DNA of 64,000 nt from positions 187,116,001 to 187,180,000 of the forward strand of contig OZ024742.1 in the NCBI GenBank assembly GCA_964016885.1. Reading direction: 5' to 3'. Under the pieces are notes generated by a model. That model did not search any database, was not told the origin of the DNA, and saw only the letters and a program-made list of their open reading frames with translations. Position numbers and translations under genes: made by a program. Below are positions 15,227 through 26,000 of this stretch, piece after piece; the first letter of the stretch is position 1, and every line of letters starts with the position of its first letter. The DNA is from Eledone cirrhosa (taxonomy: Eukaryota).

Positions 15227-15448
15227 TCTTGTCTATCTTTGTCTTTATTTCGAGTACATATTTTACCAGCCACCTTCCTGGTGGCAAGGTTATAAAAGAC
15301 AAGAAATTGTCATCCCTTGAATCGCAAAAATGTTTTGCAAGTTTTGAAGGTGCCAGATATCGCGGCCATTTGTAGTTTATGAATTAGGGAGCGGCGCTCT
15401 TTGTCTACAAATCCAAGTCCAGTTATACTTTGGTACAAACGGATTGGT

Positions 15449-15450
<2 letters not shown>
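15227..15450 (-). mobile_element. very short 3' end of another RLE non-LTR family (D) in the same (CATA)n tract
   Basis: Minus-strand translation 15447->15310 gives ..SITGLGFVDKERRSLIHKLQMAAISGTFKTCKTFLRFKG*, aligning with the family C terminus LEKLGFTGTERTQLVRKLQVQSINGTVKICKTF. Different 3' UTR. Not in the ORF track. Confidence 0.75.
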
Positions 15451-15480
<30 letters not shown>

Positions 15481-15530
15481 TGTATGTATGTATGTATGTA
15501 TGTATGTATGTATGTATGTATGTATGTATG

Positions 15531-16160
15531 TCAGGTCACCAGTTGGTGCTACTGGTAACATGTATCCCAGTACAACCTGTCTCATGGTCTGGTCGTTGGC
15601 GACTAAACTGGCAACCCCACCAAGGTTTCTTGGTGAGGAGGGTGACTTTGGACATCCTGCAGGACTAAAAACAAAACCTGTCAAAGGGCAAAGGAGCTCT
15701 TAAGAGTCCATGGCCATCCAAAATCACCGGGAGAGATGACCCCGTAGCCTTTGTCAAGGCAGAATTCTAGGAGAAGGAAAACTCTGATATAACACCTGCA
15801 ACCCTGATGGTATCTAATGATGTTGACATGTTCTTATTTTTGGTAAATATCATCTTGGTTAAGAGAGTGGGTCTGGCTTTGCGCAGTGCCTTTGCTCACT
15901 ATAAAAGCTTCACGGCACAGGCATTGCTTTATATCTGGAGATCTCTCTGCACTTGTCGTCACATGGTACCATGGGCCCAGCACTGAGTGTCAATAATTGT
16001 CACAGGTGTAGTGTTTGTACCAGAGCTTTCAAGTCGCTGGCTGGACTAAAAAGTCACACTCGTTCAGCGCATCGGTAGGAGTTCTCCTACATGGATATAA
16101 AGTAGTGGCCGTACTCGAAAACGAGTTGGCAGCCACCATGTATGTATGTATGTATGTATG
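15531..16160 (+). mobile_element. non-autonomous, internally deleted RTE derivative (5' UTR joined to 3' end)
   Basis: RTE-type 5' UTR motif CTAGGAGAAGGAAAACTCTGA. Terminal C2H2-like peptide HRCSVCTRAFKSLAGLKSHTRSAHR*. 3' stem-loop CTCGAAAACGAG followed by (TATG)n. Confidence 0.7.
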
Positions 16161-17691
16161 ATCTTCTCAGCTAGACAGCTTCAGGAGAAGTGCATGGAAC
16201 ACGGTTTGGATCTGTATCAGGTTTTTGTCGATCTGACAAAGACTTTCAATACTGTGAACAGCAATGGTTGCCCTGATAAGTTCCTTGCTTTAGTTAGGTC
16301 TTTCCATGACGACATGAAGGCTCGGGTTAATGTCGGAGCCTATCTCAGTAAAACATAGAGTAAAACAGGGGAATATTCCAGCACCGACCCTGTTTGCCAT
16401 ATACTTTGCAATGGTTTTCTATATTGCATTCAGGAATTGCGAGCATGGTGTTTACGTACGATATCGAACCTCAGGCAGCTTTGCTGGAAAAACTAAAGTT
16501 TTTACATCAATCATAAGAGACCTCTTCTATGCAGATGATTGCGATCTTGTAGCGCACACAGAGAGTGATATGCAGCACATTTTGAATGCATTTTCTGATG
16601 CTTGCACTGCCCTAGGATTGACTGTCAGTCTCAAGAAAACCGTCGTCATGTAGCAACTTGCCCCTGGTAAGCAGTACACTGAACCAAATATCTATGTGTA
16701 TGGTAAACGACTTGGAGTGGTTGATCAATTTGTCTACTTGGGAAGCACCTTGATAATGAAATCCCACTCAGGATTAGGAAAGCAAGTGATGCTTTCGGAA
16801 AGCTAGAAAGGTGAATCTGGGGTCGGCGAGACATATGCAAGAAGACAAAGATAAAGATGTACAAGCCATGTGTGCTCTCTTCTCTTCTTTATACCTGCGA
16901 GACCTGGGTCACATATCGACACCACCTTAAGCAATTGGTGCGTTTCCCTTCAGATGTGTTTCAGATGGATCCATGGCGTTCACTGGAGGGACCACATCAG
17001 TGATGTCGAGATTTTGGAAAGCTCTATGTGTGACAGTATAGAAGCTCTTGTGCTTAAGCAACGACTCCGTTGGAGTGGTCACCTTGCCAGGATGAAGGAT
17101 TCTAGAATACCAAAACAACTCTTTTATGGAGAGTTGGTTAAAAGAAAACGACCGCCACATAAACCAAAAAAGAGGTATAAGGATTCCTTGAAAGCTTCTT
17201 TGAGAGACGCTAACATATCTGCTGATACATGGGAAAATGTTGCTGTTGATCGTAATAAATGGAGAAAGACTGTATATGAGGGGAAATTTGCCTTTGAGGC
17301 ATCTCGAATCGCATACGGGAAAGTAAAGCGGGATGTCAGGAAGGGCATTGCTGTTTCATTTCCAGACGGCGAAGGTCCTCCGATGGTGCTGACATGCAGT
17401 GTCTGTGCGAGACTCTACCCAAGCAAAAATGGATTCGAAAGTCATCTTCGCAGTCATAAAGTGACACCAGTGCTTGACTACCAGGCTGCTGTTGGAGATG
17501 CTACTCATCATGCTTGCCAAGTATGTGGTAGAGAATGAAAATCAGCAGGAGGGCTCAAATGGCATGCAAAAGTACATAAACTCCAACCACAGCCGGCTCT
17601 TCCCAGGGAATGTTTTGGTTGCCAACTCTGTGCAAGACATTTTAGATCATTGGCTGGGCTAAAAAGCCACATTCGATCGAAGCGCTGTTAA
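16158..17691 (+). pseudogene. decayed 5'-truncated RTE-clade LINE (RT plus C-terminal zinc fingers)
   Basis: MIFSARQLQEKC..FVDLTKTFNTV, VKQG..APTLF, LFYADD, RLRWSGHLARM..RIPKQLFYGEL. Frameshifts and stops present. Three C2H2-like fingers at the end. Confidence 0.9.
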
Positions 17692-17758
17692 TTGCTATCG
17701 TGTGTGGGTGGGGGTGTTTGTGTGTCTGTGTGTGTGTGTAGATATGGTTATGTGTGTG

Positions 17759-17801
<43 letters not shown>

Positions 17802-17840
17802 TATTATTGTTGCTGTTGTCGTTATTATTATTGTTGTTAT

Positions 17841-17890
17841 TCCTTGAATCTCAGTCATTGATGTTGGTTAACTGGAAAGTCCGTTGGATT
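17841..17890 (-). mobile_element. 50-bp 3' stub of R4/Dong family A (copy A0)
   Basis: Identical to the terminal 50 nt of the family A 3' UTR. (TTA)-type repeats on both sides. Confidence 0.85.
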
Positions 17891-17994
17891 ATTATTATTA
17901 TTATTATTGTTATTGTTATTCCTTGAATCTCAGTCATTGATGTTGGTTAACTGGAAAGTCCGTTGGATTGAATATCAAGCCACTACCTGCAGCC

Positions 17995-20900
17995 TCAGAT
18001 ATTCAGGACGTATCGGAGGGTTCTTGCCGTTCCAAGCAAGCATGCCTTTTGAAGCGTTCCAAAAAGCGTGAAGGGGCCGATTTTCTTTAACCATCCCTCG
18101 AAACCTTTGGAGATAGTCCCCAGTGCGCCTATGAGAATCGGGATCACTTTGACTTCATGGCAGTTCCAAATCCTTTTCACCTCCCACTTTAGGTCCTGGT
18201 ATCGGTTAATTTTCTCCCTCTCCTTCTCTTGCACTCTCGTGTCGAACGGGCAGGCCACATCCACAATCAGGCACGATCTTTTTTCTTTGTCCACAACCAC
18301 CAGGTCAGGTCTATTGTGTTCCAGTTTTTTGTCCGTCTGTATCCTAAAATCCCACAGCACCTTCACCTGACTGTTCTCCATCACCGCCTCTGGCCTATGC
18401 TCATACCATTTCTCAGAATGTGGTAGATTGTTTACTTTGCACAGGTGCCAGTGGATCACCCTGCCCATCACATCGTGTCTCCAGCCCTTATAGTGGGTCT
18501 GGGCTAGGTGTTTACACTCGGACACAATGTGAGCCACAGTCTCCTCTCTCTCTCCACAGATCCTGCACAGTGGGCTAGCCTCCTCCTTGTAGATATGGTG
18601 CTTCAACCACTTCGTTTTGAGGGCCTGCTCCTGCGCAGCCATTAGCATTCCTTCTGTAGCCTTTTTGAGGTCTCCTCTTCTCAACCAGTTCCATGTCTGT
18701 GGATCTCTAAATTCCGTTTTCTCAAAGAAGGTACTATGAAGGGATTTTCCCTTAAGGCTGCTCTTCCTCCTTGATGTTATTTCCTCCTTGGGTATCCCCT
18801 GGCCTACTCTCCCCTCCTTCAGTACAGCTCTGAGCATTGGCTCCTTACTATAGGTCACGTATTTGTATAGGTTGTTTTTCTCCATCTGAACACAGTCCTC
18901 TATGCTGATAAGACCTCTTCCACCCTCAGATCTCCTTAGGTAGAGTCTATCGACATCACTCCTCTTGTGGAACATGTTGTAGATAGTCAATAGCTTCCTA
19001 GTCTTCCTATCCATTTCTTTTTGTTCAGCAACATTCCATCTCAGAATTCCCGCACTGTACCTAATAATAGACACAGCTCGGGAATTTACTGCGCTTATGG
19101 CATTTCTGCTGTTCAGATGTGACTTCAATACGCTCCTTACTCTCCGAATGTATTCAGTTCTTAACAATTCCTTCATTTTTTTGTTCTTTATGCCATCAGC
19201 CTCCAGAACGCCCAAATACTTGTATCCTTCCTCAGAGTCAATTTCCTTTATCATCTCACCTGTTGGTATCTGGATCCCGTTACTTCTGCTCAACCTACCC
19301 CTCTTCATCACAATGACTCCACATTTACCAATACCAAACTGCATACATATATCACTGCTGAAAATACGGACAGTGTCAACAAGCACATCCAACTCCTTCT
19401 CACTTTTCCCGAAGAGCTTAAGATCGTCCATGAAGAGGAGGTGATTGATGGTAAGCTCTCCCCTTCCCAACTTGTATCCTGCTCTCACTTTTCGCAGCAT
19501 AATGGTCAAGGGCATCAGGGCAAGGACAAACAACAGAGGGGACAGGCTATCTCCCTGGAAGATACCTCTCTTGATCTTCACGCTTCCCAAGGATACTCCA
19601 GTTGATGTCAACTCTGTCTCCCAGGACCCCATACTCCTGCCCAGCAACTGTCTGATGTTATCTGCCACCCTGAAGATCTCCAGACTTTTGGTGATCCAGG
19701 AATGAGGCACCATGTCAAATGCCTTTCTGTAGTCTATCCATCCCATGGCAAGATCAGTGTGTCTCCTCCTGCAATTCCCCATTACCATCTTATCAATAAG
19801 CAACTGGTCCTTTGTACCACGTGACTTCTTTCGGCATCCTTTCTGTTCGTCCGGCAACAAGTTGTTTGTGTGGAGGTGATGGTAGATTTCCTCAGACACA
19901 ATGCTCGTCAACAGTTTCCACATTACGGGCAGACATGTGATAGGTCTATAGTTGGTAACATCATTACCCTTGATTCGGTCTTTCATTATCAGAACTGTGG
20001 TACCTTTTGTCAACCACTCTGGCACCTCACCCGACACCAAGCAGTCATTGAACATGGCCGTCAGCTTCGGGTGGAGGGATGTTAAATGTTTAATCCAATA
20101 CCCCTGCACACCATCTGGGCCTGGTGATTTCCAGTTGGTTAGTTTTTTGGCTTGCCCCTTAAGAGTTTCAACTGTGATACTCAAATCAGTCTGTTGCTGT
20201 GCCTGCTCACCGATCTCCCTCTGTACTGTCTCAATCCACCCTGCCTGGGCATTGTGTCTAACATCCTGCTCCCATATTCCTCTCCAGAATGTTTTAGCTT
20301 GTTCCGCCCCAGGGATCAAGTCGTTGCCTCTTTCTTTCCCCTCAAGCTGTCCAAACAGCATCTTCTGGTTGTTGTCGAACATGCAGTTCTGTTTATACTG
20401 ACTGACTCTGTTCTCGTATCGCCTGATTTTGGCACTCTTTGCTACAATGCGTTGCTTCAATTCCTCTATGATAATATTTAGCTTTTTACTCCTAGTTTTG
20501 TATTTTATTTCCAGTCTATTTTTAGTGCCTATGTTTTTTAGTGTCCCATTCAGTAGTGACTCAAGCTTTCCTATGTCATTTCTCATTTCCCCGATTTGCC
20601 CACTCAGTCGCTTCTTCCACCACGGCTCTGCTCTTTCTTGTCTGTTGTTTCCTCTCGCTTTTATACCAAGTAGTTTCCTCACCGTATTTGCTGTTGCTTT
20701 GAGGATATTGTTGCACTGGTGAAGACTCCTCGCCTCAAGGTATGGGATGACTTTGTTTACCTTAGCTGTTGTTTCTTTTAACTTTTTCCTGACTACAAAT
20801 CTTAGGTTCATAGGTCTCCCACTATCATTGTTCAACTCATCTACCACTAAATTTAGGATGTCAACCGAATCTTGTCCTAGCCCGTCAGCATTCATCTCCT

Positions 20901-21387
20901 CAGTGGCCGTATCTCTGTTCCAGGTATTATTTATCTCAGTATTCAGATCATTGTCTGCTTCGGGTGGTTCCTCCGTTCTCAGGACCTCCTCACCTTCATT
21001 TCCCGCCGGCTCGCTTGTCTGGCATACTACACCCGCCATCTCCAAGCCATTCTCTCTGCTCAGTTCCTCCAGTTCCAGCTCGCTTATCCACCCATTAGTT
21101 CTTATTACCCGAGCCTGCCCGGCCAATTTTTGTTCATCTAATTTAAATAAACCAATCTCGTTCCAGATGTTATGCATCCGTCTCCTGTAGCCCCTCTCCT
21201 TGGGGTTACTTTTCAGGTAGCATTGCATAACAGTTCTATTCAATTCTTTCGTCCAGTTGGTTCTGGCCCCTTTCCTTCTTCTTCTTCCTCCAACATCAGC
21301 AGTATTTGGTTGACAGTCAGGTTCCTGCTGCTGAGCCAGGGGGCACCTGTTGGGTGAGAGTCTGTCACATGACGTTCTAGTCTCCAT
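17995..21387 (-). CDS. R4/Dong-type retrotransposon polyprotein (RT + CCHC knuckle + RLE), 1130 aa, intact
   Basis: SPGPDG, NYRPITCL, IDYRKAFDMVPH, GIFQGDSLSPLLF, HLLFMDDLKL, YKYLG, CRICGEREETVAHIVSEC, RHD, RPDLVVVD..IVDVACP..EK. No APE domain. Confidence 0.95.
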   Translation of the reverse strand: METRTSCDRLSPNRCPLAQQQEPDCQPNTADVGGRRRRKGARTNWTKELNRTVMQCYLKSNPKERGYRRRMHNIWNEIGLFKLDEQKLAGQARVIRTNGWISELELEELSRENGLEMAGVVCQTSEPAGNEGEEVLRTEEPPEADNDLNTEINNTWNRDTATEEMNADGLGQDSVDILNLVVDELNNDSGRPMNLRFVVRKKLKETTAKVNKVIPYLEARSLHQCNNILKATANTVRKLLGIKARGNNRQERAEPWWKKRLSGQIGEMRNDIGKLESLLNGTLKNIGTKNRLEIKYKTRSKKLNIIIEELKQRIVAKSAKIRRYENRVSQYKQNCMFDNNQKMLFGQLEGKERGNDLIPGAEQAKTFWRGIWEQDVRHNAQAGWIETVQREIGEQAQQQTDLSITVETLKGQAKKLTNWKSPGPDGVQGYWIKHLTSLHPKLTAMFNDCLVSGEVPEWLTKGTTVLIMKDRIKGNDVTNYRPITCLPVMWKLLTSIVSEEIYHHLHTNNLLPDEQKGCRKKSRGTKDQLLIDKMVMGNCRRRHTDLAMGWIDYRKAFDMVPHSWITKSLEIFRVADNIRQLLGRSMGSWETELTSTGVSLGSVKIKRGIFQGDSLSPLLFVLALMPLTIMLRKVRAGYKLGRGELTINHLLFMDDLKLFGKSEKELDVLVDTVRIFSSDICMQFGIGKCGVIVMKRGRLSRSNGIQIPTGEMIKEIDSEEGYKYLGVLEADGIKNKKMKELLRTEYIRRVRSVLKSHLNSRNAISAVNSRAVSIIRYSAGILRWNVAEQKEMDRKTRKLLTIYNMFHKRSDVDRLYLRRSEGGRGLISIEDCVQMEKNNLYKYVTYSKEPMLRAVLKEGRVGQGIPKEEITSRRKSSLKGKSLHSTFFEKTEFRDPQTWNWLRRGDLKKATEGMLMAAQEQALKTKWLKHHIYKEEASPLCRICGEREETVAHIVSECKHLAQTHYKGWRHDVMGRVIHWHLCKVNNLPHSEKWYEHRPEAVMENSQVKVLWDFRIQTDKKLEHNRPDLVVVDKEKRSCLIVDVACPFDTRVQEKEREKINRYQDLKWEVKRIWNCHEVKVIPILIGALGTISKGFEGWLKKIGPFTLFGTLQKACLLGTARTLRYVLNI

Positions 21388-21956
21388 TTCACCGTTATTC
21401 GAACTGTTTATGTTCGATATTTAAACACTCTTATCGAGGATTGGCGAATGTATGTTTACATAGCCATCTGTGGATCCGCCATCCCACTTGGCCCTTGTGT
21501 GGCATTATCACCACGCTGTATACGGACACACATAAACAAACAAACACACGGGCAGAAAGGGCCCCAAAAATGAATAAGCATAAGTTTCATTGTAATGTAG
21601 TATTCGAATGTCTGACTTAGTTTTTGTTTTTTAAGTTTTACTTTTTCCCCCCTCTTCTCTGTCCGTCCGCCTGCTTCTCTCTTCATTCTTATTTTCTTTA
21701 CGTTTTTGGGGTTTCTTTTTTTGTTTTTGTTTTTCTCTGTTTTTCTCGTTTTTTACTGTTGTTGCTGTGCTGCTTTTGTTGTTTGTTTTTTCTTTTTTCT
21801 TTTGAGTCTATCTATATATTTTGATGCCTTCCTCTTTGTTAGTAGTAGGAATTCTATAATGTGGAAGTGGTAGCCAGCAGAGACTGGCGGCGTTGGCGAT
21901 ACTGAGACAGTGGTGGTGGTGATGTCGATACCGAGGCAGTGGTGGCGGTTATGCGA

Positions 21957-22924
21957 CCGTATTACTGTAGTGATGGTGCTGTAGCGGTGGCAGCAGCAGT
22001 GAAGGAGTCAGGGGGTGGTGGCGGCGGTGATGGGATAGTGGTGGTAATGATGGCCGTAGTGAGCGGTGGCGGTGAAGGTGAAAATGCTGTTGTGTTTAGT
22101 GTACACAGATGATGGGGTGGGTGGTGTATCTAGTTTCTGGTGTTGGTGAGTTTCGCTGTCCTATATAGTGTAGCCAGAGGAGAGGAGGGGGGGGGGGGTT
22201 CTTCTTCCATTTATAGCCATTTTATTTTTTTTTGGATATACAGTGTACAATACAAAGTTGAATATTTGAATATTTGAGCCGTATTACTGTAGTGATGGTG
22301 CTGTAGCGGTGGCAGCAGCAGTGAAGGAGTCAAGGGGTGGTGGCAGCGGTGATGGGATAGTGGTGGTAATGATGGCCGTAGTGAGCGGTGGCGGTGAAGG
22401 TGAAAATGCTGTTGTGTTTAGTGTACACAGATGATGAGGTGGGTGGTGTATCTAGTTTCTGGTGTTGGTGAGTTTCGCTGTCCTATATAGTGTAGCCAGA
22501 GGAGAGGAGGGGGGGGGGGTTCTTCTTCTTCCATTTATAGCCATTTTATTTTTTTTTGGATATACAGTGTACAATACAAAGTTGAATATTTGAATATTTG
22601 AGCCGTATTACTGTAGTGATGGTGCTGTAGCGGTGGCAGCAGCAGTGAAGGAGTCAAGGGGTGGTGGCGGCGGTGATGGGATAGTGGTGGTAATGATGGC
22701 CGTAGTGAGCGGTGGCGGTGAAGGTGAAAATGCTGTTGTGTTTAGTGTACACAGATGATGGGGTGGGTGGTGTATCTAGTTTCTGGTGTTGGTGAGTTTA
22801 GCTGTCCTATATAGTGTAGCCAGAGGAGAGGAGGGGGGGGGGGTTCTTCTTCTTCCATTTATAGCCATTTTTTTTTTGGATATACAGTGTACAATACAAA
22901 GTTGAATATTTGAATATTTGAGCC
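21957..22924. repeat. 3 x ~323-bp tandem repeat in the A1 5' UTR
   Basis: Units start CCGTATTACTGTAG at 21957, 22279 and 22603. A2 and A4 each have a single unit. Confidence 0.9.
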
Positions 22925-23094
22925 TTATAACAATATATTTTGGGTCCGAATTTTTTGGGGGCTCAAGCCGGGTGCTTTACGTAGCATTTGTACTAAGAGT
23001 TGTTATTTCACAAATGATTTAAATATGTTAAAAATTCAAAACTTACGGGAGCGATTATTATTATTATTATTATTATTATTATTGTTATTGTTAT

Positions 23095-26000
23095 TCCTTG
23101 AATCTCAGTCATTGATGTTGGTTAACTGGAAAGTCCGTTGGATTGAATATCAAGCCACTACCTGCAGCCTCAGATATTCAGGACGTATCGGAGGGTTCTT
23201 GCTGTTCCAAGCAAGCATGCCTTTTGAAGCGTTCCAAAAAGCGTGAAGGGGCCGATTTTCTTTAACCATCCCTGGAAACCTTTGGAGATAGTCCCCAGTG
23301 CGCCTATGACAATCGGGATCACTTTGACTTCATGGCAGTTCCAAATCCTTTTCACCTCCCACTTTAGGTCCTGGTATCGGTTAATTTTCTCCCTCTCCTT
23401 CTCTTGCACTCTCGTGTCGAACGGGCAGGCCACATCCACAATCAGGCACGATCTTTTTTCTTTGTCCACAACCACCAGGTCAGGTCTATTGTGTTCCAGT
23501 TTTTTGTCCGTCTGTATCCTAAAATCCCACAGCACCTTCACCTGACTGTTCTCCATCACCGCCTCTGGCCTATGCTCATACCATTTCTCAGAATGTGGTA
23601 GATTGTTTACTTTGCACAGGTGCCAGTGGATCACCCTGCCCATCACATCGTGTCTCCAGCCCTTATAGTGGGTCTGGGCTAGGTGTTTACACTCGGACAC
23701 AATGTGAGCCACAGTCTCCTCTCTCTCTCCACAGATCCTGCACAGTGGGCTAGCCTCCTCCTTGTAGATATGGTGCTTCAACCACTTCGTTTTGAGGGCC
23801 TGCTCCTGCGCAGCCATTAGCATTCCTTCTGTAGCCTTTTTGAGGTCTCCTCTTCTCAACCAGTTCCATGTCTGTGGATCTCTAAATTCAGTTTTCTCAA
23901 AGAAGGTACTATGAAGGGATTTTCCCTTAAGGCTGCTCTTCCTCCTTGATGTTATTTCCTCCTTGGGTATCCCCTGGCCTACTCTCCCCTCCTTCAGTAC
24001 AGCTCTGAGCATTGGCTCCTTACTATAGGTCACGTATTTGTATAGGTTGTTTTTCTCCATCTGAACACAGTCCTCTATGCTGATAAGACCTCTTCCACCC
24101 TCAGATCTCCTTAGGTAGAGTCTATCGACATCACTCCTCTTGTGGAACATGTTGTAGATAGTCAATAGCTTCCTAGTCTTCCTATCCATTTCTTTTTGTT
24201 CAGCAACATTCCATCTCAGAATTCCCGCACTGTACCTAATAATAGACACAGCTCGGGAATTTACTGCGCTTATGGCATTTCTGCTGTTCAGATGTGACTT
24301 CAATACGCTCCTTACTCTCCGAATGTATTCAGTTCTTAACAATTCCTTCATTTTTTTGTTCTTTATGCCATCAGCCTCCAGAACGCCCAAATACTTGTAT
24401 CCTTCCTCAGAGTCAATTTCCTTTATCATCTCACCTGTTGGTATCTGGATCCCGTTACTTCTGCTCAACCTACCCCTCCTCATCACAATGACTCCACATT
24501 TACCAATACCAAACTGCATACATATATCACTGCTGAAAATACGGACAGTGTCAACAAGCACATCCAACTCCTTCTCACTTTTCCCGAAGAGCTTAAGATC
24601 GTCCATGAAGAGGAGGTGATTGATGGTAAGCTCTCCCCTTCCCAACTTGTATCCTGCTCTCACTTTTCGCAGCATAATGGTCAAGGGCATCAGGGCAAGG
24701 ACAAACAACAGAGGGGACAGGCTATCTCCCTGGAAGATACCTCTCTTGATCTTCACGCTTCCCAAGGATACTCCAGTTGATGTCAACTCTGTCTCCCAGG
24801 ACCCCATACTCCTGCCCAGCAACTCTCTGATGTTATCTGCCACCCTGAAGATCTCCAGGCTTTTGGTGATCCAGGAATGAGGCACCATGTCAAATGCCTT
24901 TCTGTAGTCTATCCATCCCATGGCAAGATCAGTGTGTCTCCTCCTGCAATTCCCCATTACCATCTTATCAATAAGCAACTGGTCCTTTGTACCACGTGAC
25001 TTCTTTCGGCATCCTTTCTGTTCGTCCGGCAACAAGTTGTTTGTGTGGAGGTGATGGTAGATTTCCTCAGACACAATGCTCGTCAACAGTTTCCACATTA
25101 CGGGCAGACATGTGATAGGTCTATAGTTGGTAACATCATTACCCTTGATTCGGTCTTTCATTATCAGAACTGTGGTACCTTTTGTCAACCACTCTGGCAC
25201 CTCACCCGACACCAAGCAGTCATTGAACATGGCCGTCAGCTTCGGGTGGAGGGATGTTAAATGTTTAATCCAATACCCCTGCACACCATCTGGGCCTGGT
25301 GATTTCCAGTTGGTTAGTTTTTTGGCTTGCCCCTTAAGAGTTTCAACTGTGATACTCAAATCAGTCTGTTGCTGTGCCTGCTCACCGATCTCCCTCTGTA
25401 CTGTCTCAATCCACCCTGCCTGGGCATTGTGTCTAACATCCTGCTCCCATATTCCTCTCCAGAATGTTTTAGCTTGTTCCGCCCCAGGGATCAAGTCGGT
25501 GCCTCTTTCTTTCCCCTCAAGCTGTCCAAACAGCATCTTCTGGTTGTTGTCGAACATGCGGTTCTGTTTATACTGACTGACTCTGTTCTCGTATCGCCTG
25601 ATTTTGGCACTCTTTGCTACAATGCGTTGCTTCAATTCCTCTATGATAATATTTAGCTTTTTACTCCTAGTTTTGTATTTTATTTCCAGTCTATTTTTAG
25701 TGCCTATGTTTTTTAGTGTCCCATTCAGTAGTGACTCAAGCTTTCCTATGTCATTTCTCATTTCCCCGATTTGCCCACTCAGTCGCTTCTTCCACCACGG
25801 CTCTGCTCTTTCTTGTCTGTTGTTTCCTCTCGCTTTTATACCAAGTAGTTTCCTCACCGTATTTGCTGTTGCTTTGAGGATATTGTTGCACTGGTGAAGA
25901 CTCCTCGCCTCAAGGTATGGGATGACTTTGTTTACCTTAGCTGTTGTTTCTTTTAACTTTTTCCTGTCTACAAATCTTAGGTTCATAGGTCTCCCACTAT

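Larger units (their letters stand above)
17920..23056 (-). mobile_element. R4/Dong family A copy A1, near full length, with a triplicated 5' UTR segment
   Basis: Contains the intact ORF. Flanked by (TAA)n. Lacks ~33 nt of the 5' terminus seen in A2 and A4. Confidence 0.92.

Noticed and set aside
18068-21357. Plus-strand ORFs antisense to the R4 ORFs
   Set aside because: Shadow frames of the real minus-strand coding sequence.
21456-21686. 76-aa upstream ORF present in A1, A2 and A4
   Set aside because: The copies are too similar for conservation to be informative, A4 already differs at four residues, and there is no recognisable domain.
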